This document shows positions 46,171 to 55,162 of a stretch of DNA of 64,000 nt, one piece after another. This DNA is from an uncultured delta proteobacterium (lineage in GTDB: Bacteria; Myxococcota_A; Polyangia; Fen-1088). The DNA is taken from NCBI GenBank assembly GCA_963767925.1, contig CAVYGB010000010.1:1664001-1728000 (forward strand), written 5' to 3'. Under the pieces are notes generated by a model. That model searched no databases and had not been told where the DNA came from. It saw only the letters and a program-made list of their open reading frames with translations. The position numbers were made by a program, and so were the translations under genes. The stretch's first letter is position 1. Each line of letters begins with the position of its first letter.

Positions 46171-46641
46171 TCAGCGCGCGAAGAAGTGGCTGATCAGGAA
46201 GCCGGCGCCGACCAGGGCGGCCAGCGCGGTCAGCAGCCGCACCTTGGACAGCTTGCCCCGGGACAGCTCCTCGCTCGCCAGGGCGCTGCCGTCGAAGCCG
46301 GCGGCCATGCCACCGCCACCGGACACCGCCGCCTCTGCCATCAGCGGGCCTCCGTGCGGCAACGAGGGAGCGAAAGGTCGCGGCGTCGCCCCGCTGGGCG
46401 CGAGGACCTCGGGCGGGACGGTGAAGGCGGTGTTCCCGCCGCGGCCCTTGTCGGCGACGACCTCGGCGAACAGCGAGACAAGGTTGGGCGAGACCCGGGT
46501 TCGAAACAGCCGGTAGCCCTCGGTGATCTCGCGGCGCAGGTCGAGCCCGGCCCGGATCTTCTCGGTGTTGTAGAGCTCTATGTCCGAGAGGATCACGCGA
46601 GCCAGCCGCCGGGCGGCCTCTTCTTTATCTATTAGCCCCAT
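46171..46641 (-). CDS. Hypothetical protein with C-terminal TM helix
   Basis: N-terminal helical EAARRLARVILSDIELYN motif, Pro/Gly linker, terminal hydrophobic segment. Confidence 0.7.
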   Translation of the reverse strand: MGLIDKEEAARRLARVILSDIELYNTEKIRAGLDLRREITEGYRLFRTRVSPNLVSLFAEVVADKGRGGNTAFTVPPEVLAPSGATPRPFAPSLPHGGPLMAEAAVSGGGGMAAGFDGSALASEELSRGKLSKVRLLTALAALVGAGFLISHFFAR

Positions 46642-46873
46642 GGACGGTTCCCCCAGGGGCGGCAGTGTAGCCGAGACCGCCCGCTCTGCGGGGCAAGTGT
46701 CATGTGAACATTGCGGTTTGTCACTGCCCCTGGCAGGACGCCGCCCGCCCGCACGATCCACGCGATTTCAAGCAGATACGCGCAGGACCCGCACCGCTCT
46801 GTACGAAAAGGGCGCAAAAAATTCGGCCCGGCAACGTTTGGCACACCTTTCGAGGACCGGGCGTCGGCGTCGC

Positions 46874-48613
46874 TCACCCCGCGGCGGTGGCGAGGGCGCC
46901 CCGCTGGCGGAGGGCGGCGGTGACCTTCTCCTGCTCGGTGGCCAGGGCGACGTCGAGCGGGGTGCGCTGGTCGTCGTCGCGCGCGTCGAGGTCGGCCCCG
47001 CGCTGGAGCAGCAGCTCGAGGATCGCCTCGAGCGCCGGGGTGGCGTCGGTCAGCGCGTGCAGGGGGGTGCGGCCCTGGGGCGTGCGGGTGGCGGCCAGCG
47101 CCGGCTCCCGCTCGAGCAGCGCGGACAGCCGATCGAGGCGGCCGTAGCGGGCGAGATCGACGACGTCGGGGGTGTGGTCGAGCAGGAACCGCAGCACCTC
47201 GCCCTTGGCCTCGGAGGGCCAGGCGGCGGCGAAGAAGCCGGCCCGCCCGGTGGCGGTCCCGCCGTAGACGTGATCGCGGATCGACATCGAGGCGCCGCGC
47301 CCGACCAGCTCCTCCACCACCGGGAGGTGGCCCTCGTCGACGGCGGCGTGCAGGGCGGTCAGACCGCTGCTGTCGCGGGCGTCGAGGGGGAGGCCCCGGT
47401 CGAGCAGCAGGCGAACCACCTCGACGCGACCGCGGCTGGCGGCGGCCATCAGGTTGTGGACGGTGAGGCCCTGGGGGTGGATCTCGAGCGTGCGGCGCAC
47501 GGCGGCGGCGTCCCCGCGCAGGCAGGCGGCGTGCAGCTCGTCGGCGGGGGCCAGCTCGACCCGTGTGGCGCCATGCTGCACGAGCAGCTCGGCGATCTCG
47601 GGGTGGCCGTGGCGGAGGGCGTTCTCCGGGTACAGCCGCCCGTTGTAGTAATCGCGCCCCGTGGCGGAGACGCCGTGGGCCAGCAGCAGGGCCACCCGAT
47701 CGATGAACCCCTGCTCGGCCGCCCGCCCCAGCAGAAAATCGAGGTTGGAGATGCCCGGGCGATCCGGGTTCAACGGCCGGGTGGCGTCGAGGCCGCGCGA
47801 CAGCAGCAGCTCGATCCAGCTGTTGCTCCGGGAAAAGTGCGTGTTGTAGAGCGCCTGGTCGTCGGTGGGGCTGGCCCCCGCGTCCAGCAGCACGCGGGCC
47901 AGGGCCTCGCTCTGGGGGTGGGGCGGCTGGAACACGAGCCCCTGCTCCCCCTCCCCCAGCGCCCCCGTGAGGGCGGTGAAGCGGCAAGGACCGGGCAGCA
48001 CGACGTGGCTGTTGGGATCGGCGCCCCGCTCGAGCAGCAGGCGCGCCACCCCCACCGGATCCCAGCCGGGGCGGGCCGGCGCCACCCTGCCGTAACAGAG
48101 GTAAAGCAGCGCGTCCCACCCACGCGGCCCCCCCTTGCGGGTGGCCAGTCCGGGATCGGCGTCGAGCAGCCGCTGCGCGCTCGCCAGATCGCCGACCACC
48201 GCGGCGGCGTGGAGGCTGACCGCCGGGATCTCCGGGGCGGTCTCCAGCAGCCGCTCGGCCCGGGTCCGGCGCGCCGGTGACTCGCCGAGCGCGTAGGTGA
48301 GGCAGGCCAGATCCACGAAGCGGTCGGCCAGACCGGCGGCGTCGGCCACCCCGGGCGGCTTCTCCGCCAGCGGCAGCGACTCGACGTGCCCGCGCAGCTC
48401 GGCCCAGCTCGCGAAGCCGTACTCCCGGGCGAGGACGAGCTGCGCATCCCGCAGGCCCGGCGTCTCCGGCGAGCGGGGGTGGCTGCGCTCGAAGCGCCCC
48501 ACCGCTTCGGCGTTTCCCGTCAGCCGTTGCCGCAGGAGCTGCTTGGCCTGCTTGCGCAGGCTCTCCAGGCTCGGCCGGAGCGGGAGAGGTCGAACGGTCG
48601 ACGATCGATCCAC
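46874..48613 (-). CDS. Ankyrin-repeat protein with a small N-terminal helical domain
   Basis: N-terminus PLRPSLESLRKQAKQLLR...LRDAQLVLAREYGFASWAEL; ankyrin repeats (LLERGADPN, GLTALHAA, GRTPLH, GADLDARD..TPLD); AAAGGAGG SD. Confidence 0.92.
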   Translation of the reverse strand: MDRSSTVRPLPLRPSLESLRKQAKQLLRQRLTGNAEAVGRFERSHPRSPETPGLRDAQLVLAREYGFASWAELRGHVESLPLAEKPPGVADAAGLADRFVDLACLTYALGESPARRTRAERLLETAPEIPAVSLHAAAVVGDLASAQRLLDADPGLATRKGGPRGWDALLYLCYGRVAPARPGWDPVGVARLLLERGADPNSHVVLPGPCRFTALTGALGEGEQGLVFQPPHPQSEALARVLLDAGASPTDDQALYNTHFSRSNSWIELLLSRGLDATRPLNPDRPGISNLDFLLGRAAEQGFIDRVALLLAHGVSATGRDYYNGRLYPENALRHGHPEIAELLVQHGATRVELAPADELHAACLRGDAAAVRRTLEIHPQGLTVHNLMAAASRGRVEVVRLLLDRGLPLDARDSSGLTALHAAVDEGHLPVVEELVGRGASMSIRDHVYGGTATGRAGFFAAAWPSEAKGEVLRFLLDHTPDVVDLARYGRLDRLSALLEREPALAATRTPQGRTPLHALTDATPALEAILELLLQRGADLDARDDDQRTPLDVALATEQEKVTAALRQRGALATAAG

Positions 48614-48740
48614 GGAGAACCTCCTTTCGTCAGCGCCTGCGGTCCGCGAACAGGCCGAAAGGAAGCATCGGCACGAACAGCGAAAAACGGGTGGGAGTCG
48701 TTCCCTTGCCGCGGACGGGAGGCGCCCCGAAGCGCACTGC
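48614..48740 (-). ncRNA. Candidate structured cis-regulatory 5' leader RNA of the ankyrin gene
   Basis: Minus strand: GCGC-hairpin; TCCC-GTCCGCGGCAA-GGGA hairpin; TTCCTTTCG-GCCTG-(TTCGCGGACCG)-CAGGC-gctga-CGAAAGGAG hairpin covering the SD; the two loops carry complementary GTCCGC/GCGGAC. Confidence 0.6.
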
Positions 48741-48745
48741 TTTTG

Positions 48746-48774
48746 TCTATAGCCCCCACCTCCCCCCCGGTCAA
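48746..48774 (-). promoter_or_regulatory. Putative sigma70-type promoter of the ankyrin gene
   Basis: Minus strand TTGACC (48774-48769)-N17-TATAGA (48751-48746). Confidence 0.65.
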
Positions 48775-49107
48775 GGCGACCCGGGCCCGAAGTCGCAGCC
48801 CCGGCCCGCGGCCGGGCAGCCCCTCACCCGCCGCTCGTGGTCGCGCGCCTGGGCCAGGGGCGGCGTCTCCCCTTGTCCCACTCGTCGGCCCTCGTCCGCC
48901 CCTGCGCGCCCGCGTCTCCTCCCTACCCTTCGCGCGCTCGCGGTTCCTTCGATCGCGGCCACCTCCGGCGCGCGCGAGGTTCGCCGGGCGCGCTCAGCAG
49001 CGCCGACTGTTCGCGCCCGGGAATCGGCTTCCCACGAGCGAACAGGCGCGCCTTGCCCGCGATCACAACGCGCCCCGGTTTCTCGAACGATTTCGTCGAG
49101 CGCGCGC

Positions 49108-49123
49108 TGGCACGAAGGTCGCT
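49108..49123 (+). promoter_or_regulatory. Putative sigma54 (-24/-12) promoter
   Basis: TGGCACGAAGGTCGCT, GG-N10-GC spacing, upstream of the small ORF at 49297. Confidence 0.55.
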
Positions 49124-49296
49124 ATTGCCGGGACTGTGCGCGAACCACTTCCGAATTCGCGATCTCCGTCGAAGGGAATGCAAAGCCTCGCACACCCATT
49201 GTCCATCCAGGCGCAGGCGGCGTCTGGATGGGACCGCGCGCGATCGATCGTGACCGGCGCGCCGAACCCACAGCCGCCTCGAAAAGGAGGGCTCCC

Positions 49297-49521
49297 ATGA
49301 CCAAGCCAATCCGCTGGACCGCCGAGACCATCTTCGCGCCGCTGCTCGGCTTCGCGATGGCCGCGTTCCTGGCCAGCGCCTGCTACGTGGGCCAGAACCG
49401 GCCCACCAGCGGCAGCCAGCTCGTGCCCGCGGCCACCCTGGCCAAGCTGATCGAAAACGGCCGCGTCTGCCAGACCATCACCGACGAGGAAGTCTTCCTT
49501 CACTTCCCGCGCCGCTGCTGA
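49297..49521 (+). CDS. Small putative lipoprotein (74 aa)
   Basis: AAAGGAGG SD; hydrophobic stretch ending LASAC; two more Cys. Confidence 0.7.
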   Translation: MTKPIRWTAETIFAPLLGFAMAAFLASACYVGQNRPTSGSQLVPAATLAKLIENGRVCQTITDEEVFLHFPRRC

Positions 49522-49712
49522 TCGGATCCGCCGCTCGGTCGCGGACCGACAGCTCCCACCGGAGCGCACGCGACCGGCGAGCCGTGTTGCGCCGCCAGCA
49601 CCCGGCCGTTGCCGGTGCGCGGCCTTCTGTCGTCATCTCGACACCGAGACGCCCCGGCGATGCCATGGGGCGCTCGTAACGTGCCCGAAACGACAGAGGC
49701 ACGAGGTGACGA

Positions 49713-51515
49713 ATGCTGAACGAAGCGCACACACCGCGGCTCATAGATCTGAAGGGCGCCATCCGGGGTCCCCTGGGCAAGACGCTCTTCAAGCTCGTGG
49801 AGTCTCCGGTCGAACGCGTGCTCTCCGTGGCGCGCATCAACCGCCTGTACGCCGAGTCGCGCGGGCGTGACGACCGGGTGAACTACTTTTCTACCGTCCT
49901 CGACGTGCTCGACATCGAATACGCGCTGTCCGAGGAGGACCGCGAGAAGATCCCGACCGCGGGGCCCCTGGTGGTGGTGGCCAACCACCCGTTCGGCGCC
50001 ATCGAGGGGGTGATCCTGGGGGATCTGCTGACCCGGCGGCGTCCCGACGTGCGCCTGCTGGGCAACCACCTGCTGGCGCGCGTGCCCGAGCTGGCGAGCT
50101 GGATCATCCCGGTCAATCCCTTCGGGGGCACCCAGGCCACCCAGAGCAACATCGCCCCCCTCAAGGCCTGCCTGCGCTGGCTGCAAAAGGGCGGGTCCCT
50201 CGGGGCCTTCCCGGCGGGGACGGTGTCGCACCTGCGCCCGTTCGCCCGGGGGATCTCCGATCCGCCCTGGCATTCCAGCGTCGCGGCGCTGGTCCGCCAC
50301 ACCGGCGCCACGGTCGTGCCGATCTTCTTCGAGGGGCGCAACAGCATGATGTTCCAGCTCGCCGGGCTCATCCACCCGGGGCTGCGCACGGCCCTGCTGC
50401 CGCACGAGCTGCTGCGCCGGGCGCACTCGCGCCTGGTGGTGCGGGTGGGACGGCCCATCGGGCCGGACAAGCTGGCCCGCTACGAGGACGCCGCCGACGC
50501 CACCAGCTACCTGCGCTTCAAGACGTACATGCTGAAGCGGCGGACCAGCCCGGTGCGCCCGCGCTTCATCCCCCGCAAGGATCCCCCCGCCGCGACGATG
50601 GAGCCGCTGGCCGAGGCGGTGCCGCCGGCCGAGCTGACCGCCGAGGTGGCGGGGCTGCCGGCCGGGGCGCTGCTGCACGAGCAGGGCGACTACCAGCTCT
50701 TCGCCGTGTCGGCGCCGCAGATCCCCCGGATGCTGCAGGAGATCGGGCGGCTGCGGGAGAAGACCTTCCGCGAGGTCTCGGAGGGGACCGGGCGGGCCAC
50801 CGACCTCGACCGCTACGACGAGGTGTACGTGCACCTGTTCATGTGGAACCGGGCCCGGTCGGAGCTGGTGGGCAGCTACCGCATGGGGCGGGTCGACGAG
50901 CTGCTGGCGCGAGGCGGGATCGGGGCGCTCTACACGAGCAGCCTGTTCAAGTTCAAGGAGGGGTTCCTGCAGCGGCTGGGGCCGGCGCTCGAGCTGGGGC
51001 GGTCCTTCATCCGCGCCGAGTACCAGCGCAAGCCGACCTCGCTGGCCCTCGTGTGGCGCGGCATCGGGGAGTACCTGGTGCGCAACCCCCGCTACAAGGT
51101 GCTGTTCGGACCGGTCAGCATCAGCCGGGACTACCAGAACCTGTCGCGGCGCCTGATGGTGGAGTTCCTGGCGCAGGAGCGGGGCGACGAGGCGCTGGCC
51201 GGGATGGTCAAGGCCAAGAACCCACCGCGCGACCGGCTGGCTCCCGAGGAGCGGGCGGTCTTCGGCCCCCTGGTCAAAGATGTGGATGACATCTCGGGGC
51301 TCGTGTCGGAGATTGAAGAGGACAACAAGGGGATGCCGGTGCTGCTGCGACACTACCTGCGCCTGAACGCGCGCCTGCTGAGCTTCAACGTCGACCCGGC
51401 GTTCGGCCACTGCATCGACGGGCTCATCCTCGTCGACCTGCGGACCACCGAGCCGAAGATCCTCAAGCGGTTCATGGGCGAGCAGGGACAGCGGGCGTTC
51501 GCGGCGGCGGCGTGA
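49713..51515 (+). CDS. Bifunctional lysophospholipid acyltransferase plus GNAT N-acyltransferase (OlsF-like)
   Basis: VVANHPFGAIEG and FPAGTVSH (acyltransferase); EIGRLREKTFR..GEG-like, DLDRYD, GSYRMG, LELGRSFI..EYQ, SFNVDPAF (GNAT). Confidence 0.88.
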   Translation: MLNEAHTPRLIDLKGAIRGPLGKTLFKLVESPVERVLSVARINRLYAESRGRDDRVNYFSTVLDVLDIEYALSEEDREKIPTAGPLVVVANHPFGAIEGVILGDLLTRRRPDVRLLGNHLLARVPELASWIIPVNPFGGTQATQSNIAPLKACLRWLQKGGSLGAFPAGTVSHLRPFARGISDPPWHSSVAALVRHTGATVVPIFFEGRNSMMFQLAGLIHPGLRTALLPHELLRRAHSRLVVRVGRPIGPDKLARYEDAADATSYLRFKTYMLKRRTSPVRPRFIPRKDPPAATMEPLAEAVPPAELTAEVAGLPAGALLHEQGDYQLFAVSAPQIPRMLQEIGRLREKTFREVSEGTGRATDLDRYDEVYVHLFMWNRARSELVGSYRMGRVDELLARGGIGALYTSSLFKFKEGFLQRLGPALELGRSFIRAEYQRKPTSLALVWRGIGEYLVRNPRYKVLFGPVSISRDYQNLSRRLMVEFLAQERGDEALAGMVKAKNPPRDRLAPEERAVFGPLVKDVDDISGLVSEIEEDNKGMPVLLRHYLRLNARLLSFNVDPAFGHCIDGLILVDLRTTEPKILKRFMGEQGQRAFAAAA

Positions 51516-52297
51516 GCGGCGAGGCGGGCGCGGTCACCTGGGTCCTGCTGCGCGGCCTGGCGCGCGAGGCGGGACACTGGGGCGACTTCGCCCGGGAGCT
51601 GCAGGCGGCGCTGCCCGGGTCGCGGGTGCTCACCCCCGACCTGCCCGGCTGCGGGACCGAGGGGAGCCAGCGCTCGGCGACGACGGTGGCCGGGCTGCTG
51701 GCCTGCGTGCGGGAGGGGGTGGGGAAGGCGGCGCCGGGCCAGCGCCTGTGCCTGTTCGGCCTGTCGATGGGAGGCATGATCGCCCTCGAGTGGTCGCGGC
51801 AGCACCCCGAGGATCTGGCCGGCGTGGTGCTGGTCAACAGCAGCGCCGGGGGGGTCAGCGCGCCCTGGCGGCGGCTGCGCCCGGGGGCGATCTGGGGACT
51901 GGCCCGGGCGGCGCTGGCCCCCGACGCGGACGCGCGCGAGCGGCGGGTGTTCTCCTTCACGAGCGCGCGGCCGGACCGGCGAGCGGTGGTGTTGCCCCGC
52001 TGGACCGAGCTGGCCCGGCTCCGACCCGTCGCGCGGGCGACCGCCGCCCGCCACCTGCTGGCGGCGGGGCGCTACCGTTACCGCCGGCCTGCGGAGGGGA
52101 CCATCTCGCCGCCGGTGCTGGTGCTGGTGAGCGAACGCGACGGCATGGTGTCGCCGGCCTGCTCGCTGGCCCTGGCCGGACGGCTGGGAGCGCCTGTGCG
52201 CCGGCATCCGACCGCCGGCCACGACCTTCCCCTCGATGATCCGGAGTGGGTGATCACCCAGCTCGCCGACTGGGCGAGAGCGTCCCGGATCGCGTGA
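51512..52297 (+). CDS. Alpha/beta fold hydrolase
   Basis: LLRGLAREAGHWG, DLPGCG, GLSMGG nucleophile elbow, GHDLPLDDP. Confidence 0.9.
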   Translation: MSGEAGAVTWVLLRGLAREAGHWGDFARELQAALPGSRVLTPDLPGCGTEGSQRSATTVAGLLACVREGVGKAAPGQRLCLFGLSMGGMIALEWSRQHPEDLAGVVLVNSSAGGVSAPWRRLRPGAIWGLARAALAPDADARERRVFSFTSARPDRRAVVLPRWTELARLRPVARATAARHLLAAGRYRYRRPAEGTISPPVLVLVSERDGMVSPACSLALAGRLGAPVRRHPTAGHDLPLDDPEWVITQLADWARASRIA

Positions 52298-52416
52298 ACG
52301 CGCAACGGTCTGGCCCGACTCCCCTCACCCCTCACCCGGTTGCCGCCCGGTTGCAGGGATTTTTCGACGGATCCGAGACGGTCTCCCTGCATTTGTAACA
52401 ATCGCGCGACGGGTGC

Positions 52417-53382
52417 GTGCGCTACCTTGAGAGCGTGGTCCACAGCACCCCGCCCTTTGGCGCGTACCCGAAGCCGGGGGAGCTCGAGCTCCGGTGGCGC
52501 GAGCTGGCCGCGCAGCTCGGCGGACGCGAGTCGATCGCCGGGACCTCGGTCGAGGGGCGGCCGCTGTGGCGGTTCGACATCGGGCCGCAGCGCTCCGAGC
52601 GGCCCCCGATCCTGCTGACCGCGCTGATCCACGGCGTGGAGGTGATCGGGTCGCTCGCCCTGTTCGAGGTGATGAGCCGGCTGCGCGACACGGGGGCCGA
52701 GCTGCGCGAGCGGGCGCGGTTCGTGGTGATGCCCGTGCTGAACCCGGACGCGCTCGCCGCCAACATGGACCGCCTGGCGCGGGGGCGGCCGGCCGCCCGG
52801 CGCAAGAACGCCAACGGCGTCGATCTGAACCGCAACTTCCCCACCATCGGCAGCGAGCGCCCCTGGCACCCGTTCGCCGGATCGAGCCTGCGCCTGTCGC
52901 CGCACTACCGGGGCGCGCGCCCGCTGTCCGAGCCGGAGTCGCGCGCGGTCCACCAGGTGGCCACCGAGCTGCGCCCGGGGCTGGCGCTGGGGTTCCACAG
53001 CTTCGGCAACATGTTGCTCTACCCCTGGGGCCACTCGCGCACGCCGAACCCGCGGATCGGGCCGTACCAGCGGCTGGCGGCGGCGTTCTCGCAGGCGGTG
53101 CAGCGGATCCCCTACCGCTGCGGGCAGGCGATCGACTTCTTTCCCACGGTGGGCGACCTCGACGACTGGCTCGACGCGACCTTCGGCACGCTGGCCCTCA
53201 CCGTCGAGGTGGGCAAGCTGAGCAAGCAGCTCTTTCACCCGCTGCGGATGCTCAACACCTTCTGGTGGATGAACCCGATGAAGATCGAGCCGACGGTCCG
53301 CAACGTGACGCCGGGGATCCTCGACCTGATGCGCGCGGCCATGATCCCCACGCCCGCCCGAGGGCGATTCCGGCCGGCTTGA
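52417..53382 (+). CDS. M14 family zinc carboxypeptidase
   Basis: IHGVE, PVLNPD, RKNANGVDLNRNFP, SEPESRA, FHSFG..LYPWG, TVEVG. Confidence 0.9.
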   Translation: MRYLESVVHSTPPFGAYPKPGELELRWRELAAQLGGRESIAGTSVEGRPLWRFDIGPQRSERPPILLTALIHGVEVIGSLALFEVMSRLRDTGAELRERARFVVMPVLNPDALAANMDRLARGRPAARRKNANGVDLNRNFPTIGSERPWHPFAGSSLRLSPHYRGARPLSEPESRAVHQVATELRPGLALGFHSFGNMLLYPWGHSRTPNPRIGPYQRLAAAFSQAVQRIPYRCGQAIDFFPTVGDLDDWLDATFGTLALTVEVGKLSKQLFHPLRMLNTFWWMNPMKIEPTVRNVTPGILDLMRAAMIPTPARGRFRPA

Positions 53383-53414
53383 CCGGCTGCCGGGGAAGCT
53401 CGATCATCGGCGCC

Positions 53415-54326
53415 ATGACCGTTCACAGGCGCGATGTGTTGCTCGCCCCGGCCCTGGTGGCGCTGGCGGGCGAGCGGGCGATGGCGGCTCCGGCCAAGGG
53501 GGCGCGTCCCGGCCCGATCTGTCTGTTCTCCAAGCACCTGCCGAAGATGGCCCCCGGGCCGCTGGCCAAGGCGGTCAAGGGGCTCGGCTTCGCGGGCGTG
53601 GACCTCACGGTGCGCCCGGGCGGCCACGTGGCGCCCGCCGCCGTCGAGAGCGAGCTGCCCCGGGCGGTCGAGGCGATCCGGGCCGAGGGGCTGGCGGTGC
53701 CGCTGGTGACAACCGAGCTGGTCTCCGCCAAGGACCCCACCGCCCGGCCCATCCTGGCGGCGGCCGGAAAGCTGGGGGTGCCGCTGTTCAAGCCCGGCTA
53801 CTACAAATACGCCTACCAGGACGTCCAGCGCGAGCTGCGGGAGGCGGGCGCCTCGCTGCGGGGCCTGTACGAGCTGGGGCGCCGGTCGAAGGTGCAGCTC
53901 GGGTTCCACAACCACGGCGACTGCCTGGGCGGCCCGATCTGGGACGCCGCCCGCATCATCGAGCCGCTCGACCCGCGCTGGGCCGGCTACTACTTCGACA
54001 CGCGCCACGCCTTCGCCGAGGGCGGACAGAGCGCCTGGAAGGTGGCGACCCACCTGGTGGGGCCGCGGGTCAAGGCGGTGTCGGTCAAGGACTTCCACTG
54101 GGAGAAGACCGCCAAGGGCTGGGAGATCCGCAAGGTGCCGCTCGGCCAGGGCATGGTCGACGTGGCCGGCATCTTCGGCATCCTCGCCAAACATGGCTTC
54201 ACCGGGCCGATCTCGTTGCACCTCGAATACACGATCGAGGGCGGGGAGGACGCGGTGCTGGCGGCGGCCGAGCGCGACCTGGGCTACCTGCGCAAGAAGC
54301 TCGACGAGGTTTACGGCGCGGCCTGA
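53415..54326 (+). CDS. Sugar phosphate isomerase/epimerase family TIM-barrel protein, probable Tat signal
   Basis: HRRDVLL signal; FSKHL, GVDLTVRPGGHV, FHNHG, YFDTRHA..EGG, VKDF, VPLGQGMVD, SLHLEY. Confidence 0.88.
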   Translation: MTVHRRDVLLAPALVALAGERAMAAPAKGARPGPICLFSKHLPKMAPGPLAKAVKGLGFAGVDLTVRPGGHVAPAAVESELPRAVEAIRAEGLAVPLVTTELVSAKDPTARPILAAAGKLGVPLFKPGYYKYAYQDVQRELREAGASLRGLYELGRRSKVQLGFHNHGDCLGGPIWDAARIIEPLDPRWAGYYFDTRHAFAEGGQSAWKVATHLVGPRVKAVSVKDFHWEKTAKGWEIRKVPLGQGMVDVAGIFGILAKHGFTGPISLHLEYTIEGGEDAVLAAAERDLGYLRKKLDEVYGAA

Positions 54327-54376
54327 GCTACAGCGGAGCCTTCTCGCCCGGTCCTTCGCCGACGGGGCGGCAAGCG

Positions 54377-54433
54377 CCCCTCACCCTTCCCTCTCCCCTC
54401 GGCAGACCGCGGGGAGAGGGCAAACAATCAGCG
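54377..54433 (+). repeat. REP-like palindromic element, CCCCTCACCC family (copy 2)
   Basis: cccctcacccttccctctcccctcggcagaccgcggggagagggcaaacaatcagcg, between convergent genes. Confidence 0.8.
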
Positions 54434-54481
54434 GGGGTCGAGCTGAACGGCGTCAGCGCAGGGCCTCCTCGGGTCCGGTAG

Positions 54482-54960
54482 TCAACGCGGCGTCGCCTCG
54501 GGGTTGGCCGCTAGCAGCTCGATCTCGGCGAGGGTGAGGGGGCCGGGGCGCCGGCGGATCTGCAGGCGGTAGCGGGTGTACGGGCCGGAGCGGGCGATCT
54601 GGAAGGGGCGGGCCTGGCGGCGCCAGGGGAAACGTTCGCCCCGCCTTGTGTCGATCGGGATCCAGGTCGTGCCGTCGGTGGATCCTTGCAGCGTCCAGGC
54701 CTGCCGGCCGCGCCCCGCGGCCTGGCCGGAGGTCAACGTGTAGAAGGTGGCGGGCGCAGGCGAGGAAGTGCCGGCGATGCCGGTGGGCGCGGGGCCGCGC
54801 ACGCCGGAGGCCCGGCGCTGCCCCCGGGCGTCGCGGTCGACCGCGCCGTGGGCAGGCTGGGGATCGCCCGGCTCGAAGGAGGAGAAGAAGGCGTCCGCCG
54901 CGCGGCCCCGGCGGCCAGGACCCCGGCGCATCCCATCGCGAGCGCGGCTGCTGCTTTCAC
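54482..54960 (-). pseudogene. Internally deleted remnant resembling the termini of a GH92-type secreted glycosidase
   Basis: Out-of-frame signal peptide (MKAAAALAMGCAGVLAAGAA), FFSSFEPGDPQP..RASGV joined directly to discoidin-like TFYTLTSG..WTLQGSTDGTTW..FPWRRQARPF..YRL..LAEIELL. Confidence 0.55.
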
Positions 54961-55162
54961 GGCGCCAGGGTATCAGCCCCGGGGGCGGCCGCGCCGATCC
55001 GGCGCGGTGGTCGGGACGGGCGCGGGAGGGTTGCCGCCGGGTTTGCCGGGGCCGGCGGGCGCCACACCCGGCGCGTCGAGAACGGGAGAAGGTCCCCTGA
55101 GTTTGCAGGATCTTCGCGGCGGGGCCGGTGCCGGAAGCTGTGCGCTGCAGTACTATCCGAAC

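Noticed and set aside
46839..46853. Sigma54-like TGGCAC site
   Set aside because: The -12 position reads GA rather than GC, and it points into the 3' end of an opposite-strand gene.
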